Source: Takakia lepidozioides (taxonomy: Eukaryota > Plantae > Bryophyta). From it: a stretch of 64,000 nucleotides of DNA. Made by a program: the position numbers and the translations under genes. Below, in pieces: positions 12,368-26,538 of this stretch. The notes below the pieces were generated by a model. The model was not told the DNA's origin. It worked only from the letters and a program-made list of their open reading frames with translations, and ran no database searches. Where the stretch lies: the NCBI GenBank assembly GCA_030704615.1, contig CM060733.1, forward strand, positions 75,454,001 to 75,518,000, in the 5' to 3' direction. Every line of letters begins with the position of its first letter. The first letter of the stretch is position 1.

Positions 12368-13751
12368 ATGATGAAGCTTTCAGGTGGAGTGAGCTCGGGC
12401 TGGGGAGGATTGAGATGTGCATTGGGTGGGCGTATCTCAGTGAGGGTGATGGTAGTACTGGCGGCGGTCTGTGCATTGGCAGTAGCAATATTGCCGGTGC
12501 AGGCAGCTCGTGGTGTGGCAATCACAGCCATGAACGGGGGAGAGCACGAGCTAGAGCCCGCTGAACCTCCACCGCCACCACCTCCTCATCACGAGAATCC
12601 ACCTGCATCTCCGGGGCACCATGAGCCCCCGCCACCACCATCGTCTCCATCGCAGCACCATGAGGCACCGCCACCACCACCACCACCGTCTCCATCACCG
12701 CACCATGAGACCCGCCCGCATCACGAGCATTCACCTCCGCCCCCACCAAGTCCATTGCAGCAGGAGGCACTGGCACATCATGAACATTCACTTCCATCGC
12801 CTTCCTCAACTGCAAATATTGAGGAAGAGTTGTCATTGCCTTCACCCCGGACATATGTAGAACCAGAGCTTCCTTTACCTTCATCGGCAACTGGAAAAAC
12901 TGAAGAGCTACAGACGCCTGTAGTCCCAAATGAAGTGCATTATGCAGCGTTGCCAACCGTAGCATCATCTACGACCAACTCTTCAAACTCGACATGGGCA
13001 GATCAGCAGCTTGCGGTTAGTGGAGATCAGGTGGGTCTGGACCTGTGAATATGCTTCTCACAAGACTGATTCTGCAGTACACTCCGCAGCCTTTAAATTC
13101 TTAGAGTCAAGTCATACGTGTACAGTGCTCTACTGTGTCCACCACGGTTCGTACTTGCGAAGGTAATATATAAATTAATTGTGCGTGGCCACTACACACT
13201 ATCCAATTTTTCGAGTCCTGCACTTCTTTAGTCCAGAGTTCCTCGGATGATCATGTCCACTAGGAGGAGTGAAACGATCGATGACCTGTCAATTACGAGC
13301 TCTCTAATTGAAAATCCAGCCCTAAACCTCTCTCTTCATCGATTGATACTCACAGTTGTATGTTCTTGCTTGTCTTGTGCAGTATAATCTGTGCACATAC
13401 ACAATAGTCACCAAGACTGGCAACATTGAGGGAGCTGGGACCACTGCAGATGTGAATGTGCAGTTCTTCAACAGGTTTGGACATTCCGTGCTGTTCGTAG
13501 ACCTCAAGAGCCAATCTCGCAACTTCCAGCAGGGTGCGACCGATACTTTCACTTTGGTGGATAAGTGCGTACATGACATATGTCGCATGCATCTTTCTCA
13601 CGACGACGCTGGACCAGACCCCAGCTGGTTTGTGAACACCGTCACTGTTTCACTGCTCTTTGAGACCCATGTCTTCAATGTATTTGAATGGCTCTCCAAG
13701 AACGAGCCCCCCTACCAGCTGTCCAGAGAGATCAGCCTCTGTCAGGGATGA
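12368..13751 (+). CDS. Secreted Pro/His-rich repeat protein with a C-terminal PLAT/LH2 domain; exons 12368-13030 and 13383-13751
   Basis: Hydrophobic signal VMVVLAAVCALAVAILPVQAA; HHE/poly-Pro repeats; phase-0 GT-AG intron; PLAT motifs CTYTIVTKTG..AGTTADV, FQQGATDTF, ICRMHLSHDDAGPDPSWFVNTVTV, FNVFEWL. Confidence 0.9.
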
Positions 13752-16700
13752 ATCATTTCGAAATGCCCTGAGGAGCTCCGCTCTGGACCCAGGCGCAATT
13801 TCAGTACAGCCTAGCTACAAGAGTTTCTTCCAATCTGATTAGAGGCAGATAATTGGTACTGCATGTCCTCTGATCCTTTCACTTGTGGGTTGGAGGGGAA
13901 TAAATGGCAGAGCTCCTTCAGCATGGTTTTGAGAATAGTATGTCGATCGATGCCAGACAGGACGTTGTGATGCCCAACTAGCTCTCATCATGAAATAAAG
14001 CTTGCAGCAGCTTCCATGTGCAAGATTTTTCTAGAGTAAAGAGATGAGATTCATGACTGATGCTTGGTTGCTCTCACCCTGTGTCAATTCTGAAACTCCC
14101 AAAAACCAGTTCTTCAAATTTGGCATGCCCAATTGCTTTGAGGGTTGAGAGTAAATTTATAAGACTTGGCGGAATTTGGGTTTGTAATGCTCTGCACGTC
14201 CACGCCTTCAATCGATTGTGTTTCACACATTTTGCTTACAAGTAGAGACCACACGCATACTTAAGACCAATTTCCAATACCTGAGAACTGCCTCGTTATC
14301 AGTGGAACAGCACACTGGTGGTGTTTCTCTTACGAGATCAACAGGCATTGTGAAACTACGGAAGCTACTGTACCACTGATCACACACTCAAACCCAACTT
14401 CTATGAAAATCCATCCGGGCTTGCAAGAAAAATCTTACATGGGGCCGCTTGCTGTAGCCTCGGTCTGCTGTAGGCGAGGCCACAAAATGTACCTCTGTAG
14501 GGAGTGAACTATAACCCCTTTGTTGCATCCCTGCACTCATGAGCTGCCACTGTCCAATTATACGTTCACACAATAATCCTTCCAAATTCCAGCCATGCTC
14601 TGAAGGGCAGATAATGTTCACTAAAAAACAACACAATGTCAAGACCTTGTCCAATTCAGAGGAATTCAAGCGTCCATCCACATGCCCCAGGGCACCTTGC
14701 ACCTTGGAGGGGTGGCAGATTTTTCTGTGCATGTTTACCGATTTGCTTGTGTCAGAGAGAAAGAGCGCTCATTCGCCACATTCCCCACGTACGTTGGTCC
14801 ATATGACACACCATCAATTGCTGTGAATCAAACTGGTCATGCAAAATTTCCAGAGGGCAACACATAATTTCCTGTGCGCAAACAGCAGCAGTCCGGAGGA
14901 TATGTAGGCAAGAACGCCCTCAAAGAACGGTACATAGGTATTATTTAAGAATGCACTTCGAACTGGAGCCACCTTCTGCGCAATCGTCAAAGCTAAAATC
15001 AGTGTCTTTTCTGAAGGAGTGTATGAACAGTAAAAGTGCCATTAGCCATCGTCCAACACCACCGCTTACAGCGCACGGAGATTGGATGCTGCTGCAGCAC
15101 ACCCTGATACCCGAAACCCTTACGAATTTCAACCCTACATCCGAACCTCACAGATTCCCAGCCCAGCACCTCCCACAAACTGACGGATTCTCTCCTCATC
15201 GAATCGAAAGCCGCCCTCAATAAACGCAGAAATACAGCTCGTGCATCCTAGGATCTGAAAGGAGTTACCTCAATTCGCAAGAACGCCCAAGCTTTTAGTC
15301 AAGTATTTCGCGAAGCAGCGGGTTCCTGAGAAGAAGGAAGAGGGGTTTTGGGGGGGGCCGAGAAACATGCGGACTTGAAGGCCGCAATGTGATCTTTGCA
15401 TCTCTTCACGTCCCCATTGTGTTCTTCCAGGCATTTTTTCAGTGCTTTCAACGTCGCATGGTGTCATTTTCTCCGACAATACCGCTACATTCTGCATTTT
15501 TCCCCTCCCCAAAAGCACCTGGACGTCTCCTCCAACCTCTTCTCTCTCCTCCCTTCTACTCCCCACAAAAGCTTTCCAGGACTTCGGATTTGTCGTCTTG
15601 AGGAAGTATCTACTGATCGAAACTACAGATGTGAAGGATTGTAATAGACACTCTAACCAAGTACTTCTTAAATCAGTGCTGCTTCTTCAGGGGATTGTCC
15701 CCTTGTGCTCTGGCTCATGATGAGAAAGTTTGAGGTAGCTCCTTTGCTTCAAGTTAAATGTAGATTATACCTTGTACAGTTCGATCTGCCGCTGTTCACG
15801 AGAGGGACTTCCAACGACATCGGAACATGATTTTACAAACACGATACATCTCGTGAGAACATTTTACACAAATCATTTGGCCATCAACAGCTGCAATGGC
15901 AGAAATAGTCCTATCAAGCTAGAGCGCCTCACTGTTGACGGGTCAGGATCTGTTGGTACCATAACTCTAGAGGGTTTCTTGGGCTCCTGCTTGCATATTT
16001 ATTGCCTCCTTTCTTGGAGTCATGAAAATCTTCCAAATGGGCGTTGCTTCTTACTATGACAGCAGTTGGACCACAGTTTCTGAAATGAAGCTGCTGGTCA
16101 TGTTGACAAGCAAACATGTCCCCATCCGAAGCACAGACTCACAGAGGGTGGATCCTCACTCCTTGACAAGCAGCAGGTGCCAAAGACTCCTAAACTTCCC
16201 TCCTGGGGTCTGGGATCAACCAGGGTCTTTGTTAGATAACCACTAGTAGGATGGCAGGTCCCTCATTGGGTAACACATGGCGTAGGGCCTGTAAAGGGGA
16301 CTGGTCAATCAATGCCTCTAATGTGTCGATACCACAAACTCCATCGTTTTGGAATAGTGAGCCTCAATTGCCAACTCCAACGAATACCCCAAGTGTCCTG
16401 TCCATTTCAGACATTGAAAGAAGGTGAGTGCGACAAAGAAAAAACCAAAGCATCAGACTGTCGGTTTTATAAATATCCTTTTATCAATCTCAAGATTCAG
16501 TTGAACTCTATCTCAGCCTCACAATCCCTATATTGTAATTATGGTCACTGCAACTGAAGACATGTCTACTGTCACATCTCTGTACGTGAAGAGGGTTACA
16601 AGACCATAGTGAAGCTGATATCGGCACATGCTTTCTAATAGGATAGCTACCTTGATCAAATCTCCATTTTTGGGAGCAATCCGTGACGGTGGGCTGAATT

Positions 16701-17976
16701 TGATAACCTGGTAGAACCTCACAACTGGCTCCAAAGGGATTGGCAGCCATGGGGATATATGCTCTCAAGGGTTGTCGTACCCTGTATTCATCCAGAATGA
16801 TCAGTAGTTTAATTCTGTCTTTTCACCTTCCTGCTCCCACCAATTGCTACTGGTATTGGCTAGCTATTACAGCTATTGGAACACTGCTAGACAGATTGGA
16901 AGCTGGTAAACTCACAGCTGTCAAACCTACCAAAACATCAAAGCTTTTTTCTGGGGAAAAAGATGTTGTAATCCAACGTGTGTTCCCTGCAGCACATGCA
17001 CAACAAGGAGACAGACCAAATCAGTAAACTAAATATGCTGAGCTAATTTCAAGCCAGTGAAAAGTTTCAGCATAGACAAGTTCCAGTAATTGATGCGGTT
17101 ATTCCACAAGCAGTCTCTATCCACAGTTGCAACTATCAGGCCAATAATTGGTGTCGACCACCCAGAGCAATGATCTCCTGATATAGCATCAGCTACATGT
17201 CCACAGTTTTGTAACAAGTAGATCAGGTCAAGAGAAAGGTCTCTTCCTCCAGCACTTCTCCATCACATGAATGTTCCTCTACATGTGTCAGATGGGCACT
17301 TTGTAACGGACACTTTATGATGCAATGGGCTCAATGATTCCATCGTCCTACTAGAGGTAAAATCCCTGAGGTAGCCTTTGGTGAGGCAGTGGTCCCACTG
17401 TAGCTGGGTGGGCAACATATAGAATCTTCCATCATACTCTGGAGTCTGGGTGTATTTCTAGGACCACAACATCGGCGCTAAGTAGTCACCACTGGACTGT
17501 ATCATGTGTCACGTCTCTATGAGGACAAAGGGTGGGTGCCAACTTACTCTCGCTGTAACAACATGACATAATCAGGTGAGAGCGCCTTCAGTTCTTCGCC
17601 GAAGTTGAGGAAGTTCCATGTAGTCCGGAATTCTTTTTCCAACTCTTCTGGCGTCTCAAGGAGGTGGTAGGTCTAGGTCTTGAAGCTATAATCAGAGTGG
17701 AAAAGGGCTTCAATCGTTGTTGATTTACAAATTGCTACATCTAGCTCCTGCTGTTTGAATCCGCATGACACCTTTCAGCTGCCTAGACTGGCGTCTGAAT
17801 TTGTTCAAGTCCAGGCATCACCACCATAGTCTCTGGCCAAGACTTCTCCACAAGCTTTAGCAGCCTAAGAATATGACCACCTCTTGGCTGTAAAATACAT
17901 CTCCTCCAGTTTGTCCTAGAGGCTGGTTATGTGACACCTGGCATTTGAGCACTACATAGTGAAGTTCTTGAAAGAG

Positions 17977-20900
17977 CTAGAAAGCAACACTTGAATCTTC
18001 AAAAGGCAGGGGCACAGTCTTGATGGCCCGGTATTTACCCACGTTGTTCAAGTGCTCATTCTCCAACCTAAATTCCCCACCATTCAATAACAAATGAATC
18101 GTCAAGGGCAGTGGACAGATTCTCAGCAGCGCAGTTCAACTGGAAGGAAGTATGCTATGCAAGTCAGCATTAACTGCAGATTTTCCATCGGAGTCACTTG
18201 TGGTTTTACCATGCCATCCCTCTCAAATGACTATCAGTTATTCTCCTGCTTGCAGGTAATACCTATATATCAGCTTGTCAATGTACATCTCTCTTGCTCT
18301 CTCCTGTGGATGTAACAAATATTTTCATTTTGTTTCTGTCTGAAACAAAGAGTCTTTTTATCTCTCTTTCTTTCTTTCTCGAGTAGACCTTTGGCTTTTT
18401 GTTCATTCTCCTATCTCTCTTTGTCTCTACGAGATGCCACTGTCTTTCGGAGACTGCTCCTCCCTTTCTTTCCCTTTCTCAAAAATGCGTGGCAGCCTAC
18501 CTACACGAGGCCTTCACCCTTAGACAATCGATAGAACATTAATTGTGGTTTCTGGATTTGTTCCTCTCTCATGTTTTCTTCCATTTTGTCCCATAAGCTC
18601 TACGAGCTTTCCGCGGACGTTATAAAGCACCATTTCATTTCATTTGACACTTTCATCAGAGCCAGAGAAAGGAAAGCAACAGAAAGACATGAAGAGGAAA
18701 CCCCAAAAAGAGTTTCAGGCTAGCACAGCAGCCTAAGGGCGGGAGAAGCAAACCTGTAGAAATTCCATTGACCTCGACGTACCACTTCAAGACAAGCAAA
18801 AATGAAGTCTGTGACACTGGTATCCGACCCCTTAGTAAACTGAAAATGTGTCACTGACTGCAACCATGCAAGCCGCAGTAGAAAATTCAACACCTGCATC
18901 ATTATCCCTGGTAAAGACAGTTAGCAGGAGCGGAAAGACCCTTTCAGAAATAAAATCAACACCTGGCCAGCATCTCACCTCCAAGGAAAAGGGATTTTTC
19001 CATCCACTATTTCTCCATGGAAATATGACATTCCTAAAGCAAATGACACCCAAGACCTTCCGAAAAGGCACTCCAGAACTTCCTCCTACAGTAAGGGAAC
19101 CATGCAAGGATTCAATCGACATACAGAGAAGAACACTTGTCATCAGTTTTGTGACTAGAGTGAGAAGCTTTTTACGCCTTGTACACTACTGTACACACTG
19201 GGAAATTCACCTATAAAATAATTGCCATCTATGTTGTAGGTGAATGCTTTGTGGAATCACCATGGATACAAAGTAAATTGACTTGTAGTCAAGAGTAAGT
19301 TGGTCTCTTAGCCATCGATTCTCTGAGTCACGGCGAAGAAGGCCCCAGTCAATCACCATGTCCCAGTACACTTGATATACTGTTGTAACAGTGGAAACGA
19401 TAATGAACATGGCCAGCCATCCTGCAGTTTGACTGTTGCCATACGCTATCTTCAAGGCCACTGATACCATGGCTGACAAATACTTGGCTGCATTCGCTAA
19501 ATGTGCTTTATCGGCCTCATCAAACCAGCGCCTTATACACTGCCCCATGACAGTAATAAGAACTATCAAGACATGGCCCCTTTTGGGGAGGGAGAGACTG
19601 AGAGGAGATAGAAACCTTATAGCGTCTACAGGGGGCCAAGGGTGCTTGGGGCAAAGTAGACCTACGAGAAACCACTCAAAAAAGACCAAGCATTGCCTGA
19701 AGATTAAGAGAGAGAAAGAGATGCACTCATTCTCTGCTACATGCAAACAAAGTGGAGACTCAGGTTGTAGATCCTACGATATATGTGCCAGTTGCGAGAT
19801 CTCTACCTACCAGGGCATGAAGAAGTTGCTGATTCCAGCCCTGCTGCTTTAGCCCTCAATCAAGTAAAATATGTTTGAGAAAGAGAAGATGACAAAGGGA
19901 GAAAGAGAAACTATTTATTAGAATTTGATGCTTATTTCATCAGACTTGCCCCAGCTTGGTAGGGGAAAAAGAGGAGGGAGAAAGAAAGAAAGAAAGAAAG
20001 AATTTTTTAATGCGTCCAAGAGAGAATGAAGGAAAGAAATGAAATAACGTCCACAAGAAGCTCAAAGAGCTTATCAGGAAGAAAGAAACAAGAAGAGAGA
20101 GGGGCCTCAAACAACCCAAAAGCAACTATAGCTCAAGGGATTGTCTAAGAGTCAATGCTTCACGCACAAGCTGCCATTTCCCTCGTAATTGAAGATCTCT
20201 CTGAGAGATTGATTATTCCGGAATAGAGAGTTGAATCTCCCACGGATCTCATAGTATAAAGGGCAGTGACAGAAGAAATGTTCTTCACTTTCAATTTCCA
20301 TGTAGTTCCCAACACAAGCCGGGCATAGAGGAATGAAATAAAATGGAACTTTATAACGTCCACAGAAAGCTCAAAGAGCTTATGGCCAAAGAAAACAAGA
20401 AACAAGAAAGAGAACAAAAGACAAAGAGTGAAGCTCAAAGCACCTACTGCTCAAGGGATTGCCTACGGGTCAAAGCTTCGTGCAGAAACCTTATGATGTT
20501 AGAAAGAGAAGGAACCGAATAAACCTGCCAGAATCGGAACCAATAAGGTAATATAGCAATGACATATGTCCAATTCAGGAAGTCCTTGCTAGTGGTGCAT
20601 GCACTGCTGTCCTTATTTACGAAGAATCCTCCCAAGTAGTAGCATATTACAAACTCCAGGTTTCTCAGCATTGGCACCTACAGGCCATCGACCCATATAA
20701 CAGGTCAGCACAATGAAAAATCAGATCACTAATGAGCACCTTCAAAAATGGTAAGATTGCATGCTCAAATTTCTCTAGAGAAGATTATTGAGGAAATGAG
20801 GGTAAGCAAACCTGGCTTGTCAATTGATCGGCGAGAAAAAAGTCTGCCAATACCACCTGCCATGCCATAGAGTCTTTATATTTTACTTCTTCAGATCTTC

Positions 20901-23900
20901 AGTACAGTGTTGGAAGAATGTGTGCATTCCGATCCCCCCCTGTTGCTCCCCTCCCTCAAGGACCTTGTGTATGGATCACCCTCATGACAATGTCTCGATC
21001 TCCCTCTCACCCTCCCTCTCTACTAGTAGGGACCGTTGAGGTTTGATCAAAGCAGTCTTAGTCAGGTAATTGGATGGAATGAAAATGGGAGAGTTAGCAC
21101 CTTGTACAAGGGTGCACTTATAAGGTGCAGCAAGGTCTTTAGAAGGAAGAAACGGCTGGACCGATAACACACTTTGAAAGGGTTAAAGAGCAGCACTAGG
21201 AACGCCTGCTCCCATCAATATCATCAGTACTTGCAGATCACAGGAGCAATTACTGATGTACCCACAACATATGTAACAAAATTTCATACTTCAAGTTAAA
21301 AAGAGAAGCAGAAAGTTCATGGATAGTATCAAACTGTAACCAGACTGCTAATTAGAACTGCAGGGCAAGATCGTGAAAAGAATGCAACTGCACCATAAAA
21401 GAATGTTGTTAAATGGTTTGCACTGCACAAAGTGGGAAACAGTGAGTCGATATGGAATTTGGCAGCACTTGACATTTGATGTGTTTCATTCCCATTGGTC
21501 TTCAAAAAAGCATATATAGGCGAAGTCCACAAAATTGCTTTAGACTGACTGCAACCAAAGCACTTCCATCTAGAAGGTCTTGCACTGGGAAAGTGACTAG
21601 AGGGCAAAGGGTTGAAACTGACATGACCCGCAACCCACATTGCAATGGACAGGAACTCCAATTGGCAATCACTGGCAGTGCATTGCGCACTTTGTGAGAG
21701 AAATCGTCCATTTGGATTGCTGACTTTGGTACACCCATTGACATGTACTTTTATTCCCAATAAACCACAGAATCATATTACCCTTGCCCAGAAAGGACAC
21801 CTTACAACGAAACACCATGAGGAAGTCCGCCATACTGCTGCCTCATAGACAAAAATTTGAATACAATCATCCACTCCAAGGCCACACGTCCTCTTCCATG
21901 GCATCAAAAGCCAGCCTCTTGTCAAATGTGGCTATGCTAGTTCTTAGATTAGCGCTTAAGACTAGGTGTCAGGAGGACTTACAAGCACCACCGTAAAAGG
22001 AATCAGGTCAACATAAGCAGACGCTTCTGTCTGGAAAAGAGATGAATGCATGCTCAAGTGGATCACCATTGCTCCAACAAGTACTGTGGTCAGACCTGTA
22101 CAGATCAGAAGGACTTCTCGCATTCGGAGCTCAGAACCCAGGCTAAACTCAAAAATGAAGGCATAGTTGATGCTTTTGCTTCTCCACATATAGACATTCC
22201 ATCCATACATATACATGTGGAGCAGTATCAGTGCCAGCATCCTGACCATCCAGAACAGGACAGCTCCCCACTACATAAATTAGGCACGGCGCAACACCTG
22301 ACATATTTCATGTCATTCTATCTTCTCACCCCAATACTAGAGGCTCTGAAAACAGCCCATGGATGAGTAACCTGAGTCTCTGGCTTTGTGCATGTACTTT
22401 GGCTGAATTTCTACACCAAATGACCACACTCCAGCTATTTACACTTAAGTCTTCCAAATGCAAACCTTCACTTCTCTTTTAACAAACTTCTTACATCCAG
22501 CTATGCTCACCTTCCGATTAGCAGTACATTCTAAGAAAACATAAGACAACCAAAGTGATGTTTTAGGTCTGGAGTTGATTAAATGGAGAGATGAAAAATA
22601 CAGAGTAAAACAGAACAGCAAATGAAAGCCCTTTGAAGTTCCGGTATAAAAAATAGCAACACGAGATGCAAGATGATGATAATTACTTAAGAATTGCATC
22701 ACATGAGTTCTTTACAGATGAACACCACCATCCAGAAGGAAGGGAAAAAATTGTGCAGTAATATGCAGTGGCGAGGACGGGAAAAGGCCTGTAACATCAA
22801 ACCGTGCCTGAAAGTAGGAAAGATGCACTGCAGATAGGTAATTCTTTCAGCATTGTTATAGTCCCCATCTACTTGGAGTATGATGCCAAAAGCAGCCATA
22901 AGTGCTAGTGAACACCCTGTGAACAAACCTGCATGCACCATGGAACCAGAAAGACCTCCTAGTCAGAGGAACACTCCATTTCCTTCTACCACAAAGAAAC
23001 TCCATAAATGACATTTTGGTTGCATCAACTGGAGACAGAGAGAGCACTCATACCCAGAAAGTATGTCACAGTGTGGGATGCCTTTCGCTGTGGGGGTTTC
23101 AGCGATGCCATAGCCTGCCGCCTGTTCTGCTTGGTAAAATGTTCTGTGAATAGTGCTTCGACCTTCTCCATTATTTCCACAGCCTGCCCATGGCAATTCA
23201 GCCAGTGCAAAATGTAATTAAATGCTCAATTCAGGAAAGCTGAACAATTGATGCATCTGCGTGCAAGAGATCACGGCACAGCATCTCTAGTGTATTAGGA
23301 ACCACATTAAGATGACTGAATAAGATAATGGATCAAATTGGGGGAAAAAGGACAGACCAAATATAGTGTTATTTCTTCCAGAGCTGAATTGATCCTGTTG
23401 TTCAACAAAAGTCCGGACGAGTGACATGCAACCTTCACTAAATGACAAAAGAGGTTACCAATCCCTCAGAAGCTGCCTATGGCTTTGGATCTGTGACTGG
23501 AGTACTCTGGTGCTGCTCACTGGACCATCTCAGACAGGGAGTGCAGGAAACAGATTGTATGGGAGTTCTAGAAAATTGGTACCTATACAATCAAAATTTG
23601 CAGTAGGACAAAGACCACCTTACTTTCTTGGAGGTACCGAAGTATGAATTTTCCACATGAGACATGTAGATGCCAGATGCAGACACTCCAGACACCTGTC
23701 CCATACGAAGTTTGAGAAAACTAAATAACTTACTGAGCTCGTTGATGGCTTGACCCAAGCTCCCAAACACACCTGGCAGGCATATAATACATGCAAGGAA
23801 AGCATGTGGAAGACTAGCAAGCAGCTCTAACAACCACGTCAGACAGTGAACTTAGGAGCAAGAGTGGAACCACAATACTTTGTAATTCACGATGTGAAGG

Positions 23901-25894
23901 ATTCCATTAGAAACTGTGATGCAGATATGTATGCCAGTGCATGTCACTCCCTCCAACATAAACTCATAAGCTTTGAATGATCTAGATTATGAAACAACTA
24001 GATGCCTACTTGACAAAAAGGTGAACAACCTTGTCATACTTTTTCAAAATCTTGGCAAATGCAACCATATTTAAAGAGCTGCCACAATCCAAGCAAACAT
24101 TAGTCAAGCTTCTGCTAACCCTGAGTTGAGAGGTGAAAGGAATCCGTTAAAAATTGTACTACCAAAATCACCTGTCAGAAGCAAATAATTCAACCTCGGT
24201 TATGAAAGAGACAGTGTAGTGCAAGAAAAGGAAACACTTGGAGGGCAAGTTACAGATCACAACAGCACCACAGAAATCTAGTAGGATGAGGATAGACACA
24301 GAGACAGCCTGGAAAAAAACCTGTAACTCCTGAGCAGGCCAAGCCCACGATAAAATTCAACGAATGCAGCCTGCAACATGTTCTCAGCACTCTGGACTTT
24401 CTTCCGGCTCACTACTATATCCTCTTTGCCTCTGTGGTCTGTCGCTGTCCTTTTTGCTTGACGTAATACATCCTCCCATAACATTTGCGAGAGCGCTGAG
24501 ATTGTGGCAGCAGGGGTATCACGTGGAATGCTCAACTTCACTTGGGACCCTCTCTTGTTGTTTGCTGTACGCACCTTTTGGGACCTGCTGGTGGAGCTCC
24601 TCGTGACACTGGTTTCAGGCATCTCTTGCGACCCATCACTGGAGCTTCTGGTGATGCTTGCTGCAGGGAGCTCAGAAAATGAACGTTCTCTGGATAGCAC
24701 TCCATTTGGCTCCATTGGGTGTACAGTCTCTTTCTTCAGTAACAAGTCAGGCAAAGAGGTCGCTCCAATGCTTGCTCTTGCAAATGAATTAAGCAGAGCT
24801 TGGTTCTCGTGGAGAAGACCAGACTCCAAACTGTCCAAAGAGTTTCCTGTAACCAAGGAAAGTGTCATGAATCAACCATAAGGGCATAAGTAATAGTAGA
24901 TGAACACTTCCAGTTTTAAAAGGAGAGAATTTGCACATCTGAAAATGTATACTAAGGAATATAATACCCAGGCAAAGGGGATGTGGCCAGGCATTGGTGA
25001 CCGACAAACTTACCAACTGAATTATTCTTTAGACCTGTATCAGTTTCAATGCTGGAAAGGTGAGGGTGATCCTGCTTTAGCAATCTCTGTACTTCATTCA
25101 GCGCATGCATCTGCTTGTCCAGAAGCAGTCCACGCTGCACAAATTCTCCCTCTTTGTTTTTGTAGAACTCATTCACCTTATTGAGCTGGACATCCAACCT
25201 TGTAAAAAAACTTTTGGCATACTCAGATTGAGCAATGGGCCCTAGTAACTCGGTTTCGTAGATGGGTTCATCTCCAGTATTCGACTTCCGGTGATGCACC
25301 TGCTCCAAACCAACCACTAATTGGCCAAAAGCTCAATCTTGAGGCTCCATTTAGTGTTTCCTAATTTATCAATTTGCTGATTTGCTGTATGGCAAGGTAG
25401 GGCTGCAAAATATCAACGATGTCCGATGATTCTTTGATGCCCCAAATAAAAGCTCTAGCCCGGTTCGCCTGGTGTAATAGACAACACCTGATCTTCTCGT
25501 AGTTGCCAGAGCGCAAATTTTGTAATGCAGGCTGAACCCTCTGAGTCGACTTCTTCTCACCAAAAAAGAAGCTGGGATTGGGGGCTACCTGTGAAAGTTT
25601 CCATTTACAACTTCCTCCACATTGGTCCCTCCCCTCTCCTGTCTGTAAGTTAGAAGAATGATACTAAGGAAGGGGGCTGTGATATGTTACCCGGATGACA
25701 TCGATCTGCGACAAAGTGCTCCTTCGACGTACAGCAAATGGGCGAGGGCTTGTCGGATTCAGAGAAGGCTCATTTGCATGGGGCGGATGCAGCTGGATAT
25801 TTTTCAAGTCCTTCTTCAGGAGTTTGTAAGAGCAGTACGCCCCTTTCCATTCAGGAACCAACTGTATTTCTAACTGTTTTGAAAACTTCACCAT
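17977..25894 (-). CDS. PHO1: PHO1-family SPX-EXS phosphate exporter; exons 25894-25691, 25299-25014, 24846-24321, 24078-24030, 23695-23624, 23183-23054, 22928-22808, 22241-21983, 21205-21101, 20856-20812, 20677-20525, 19539-19261, 18893-18754, 18067-17977
   Basis: SPX motifs [41 protein letters not shown]; EXS motifs [65 protein letters not shown]. Exact paralogue (PHO1 vs PHO1;H) not resolved. Confidence 0.95.
18380..18645 (+). mobile_element. 3' fragment of a dispersed LINE-like family (PHO1 intron 13)
   Basis: Core CATAAGCTC..GAGCTTTC..GGACGTTATAAAG followed by (CATTT)3; shared with 20035-20490 and 41890-42165. 5' boundary approximate. Confidence 0.6.
20035..20490 (-). mobile_element. Two adjacent 3' fragments of the same LINE-like family (~20035-20285 and ~20330-20490) in PHO1 intron 11
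   Basis: ATAACGTCCAC..AAGCTCAAAGAGCTTAT occurs twice; CAAGGGATTG and TTCCGGAATAGA..CCCACGGATCTCATAG match the reverse complement of 41890-42165. Confidence 0.7.
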
Positions 25895-26530
25895 CACGTT
25901 GTCCGCCCCGCCTTTGTTATGCGAATTTCAAATACAGGCCGTTAAACAGCTGAATGAGGACTGTCGCCTGTGTGGTGCGTGATCCCACACCGAGTCCATC
26001 AACAGGTTATTTTTACTCCACAGATTGACGGGTTCGTGCACCGTACTTGGAAGGGACACTCCTTTGCTCTGCTGTACATGAAGAACGGTTCAAATCACCA
26101 TGGGTACTAGTTCCATTTTTGTGGCTGGGCTGTGACGAACTTTCTCGAACACTTTCCGAATTCAGAGCCCATTTCAGTGATGAGTGCAGACGTAAGTAAA
26201 TCTTCCAGAATGACTCGTAAGTCCCCAATGGTGACACTAATCTGCCTCCGGCGCCCCCCAGGAACTACACACGGAATTTCCAAACTACGACACAGGCAGA
26301 AAGTATGAAGAATAAAGGAAATCTTCGAAGATCGTCATGATGAACAGCTTGAATACGAGCACCATCCACAAACATTTTGAGACAGCATCCCAGGCACTAA
26401 CACGAACGAAAAGAAGAGACAAACACTCCCATCCTCCTCGGGAATTAGTTGTAACAAGCACACATCACTTCTTGTCTCTAGTTCGGGCGCATCAAGCCAC
26501 ACGAATGTAACCCAATGTCATCCGGACGTG

Positions 26531-26538
26531 GGATATGC
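26531..26538. promoter_or_regulatory. P1BS (PHR1-binding site, GNATATNC) in the PHO1/GatC divergent intergenic region
   Basis: GGATATGC fits the consensus, ~640 bp upstream of the PHO1 ATG. Short motif, could be chance. Confidence 0.5.

Noticed and set aside
13916-13991. Minus-strand C/D-box snoRNA candidate (ATGATGA...CTGA, with 10 nt complementary to 18S TGTGATGCCC)
   Set aside because: The complementary stretch is not followed by a D/D' box, the terminal stem is weak, and the site is antisense to the PLAT 3' region; likely chance.
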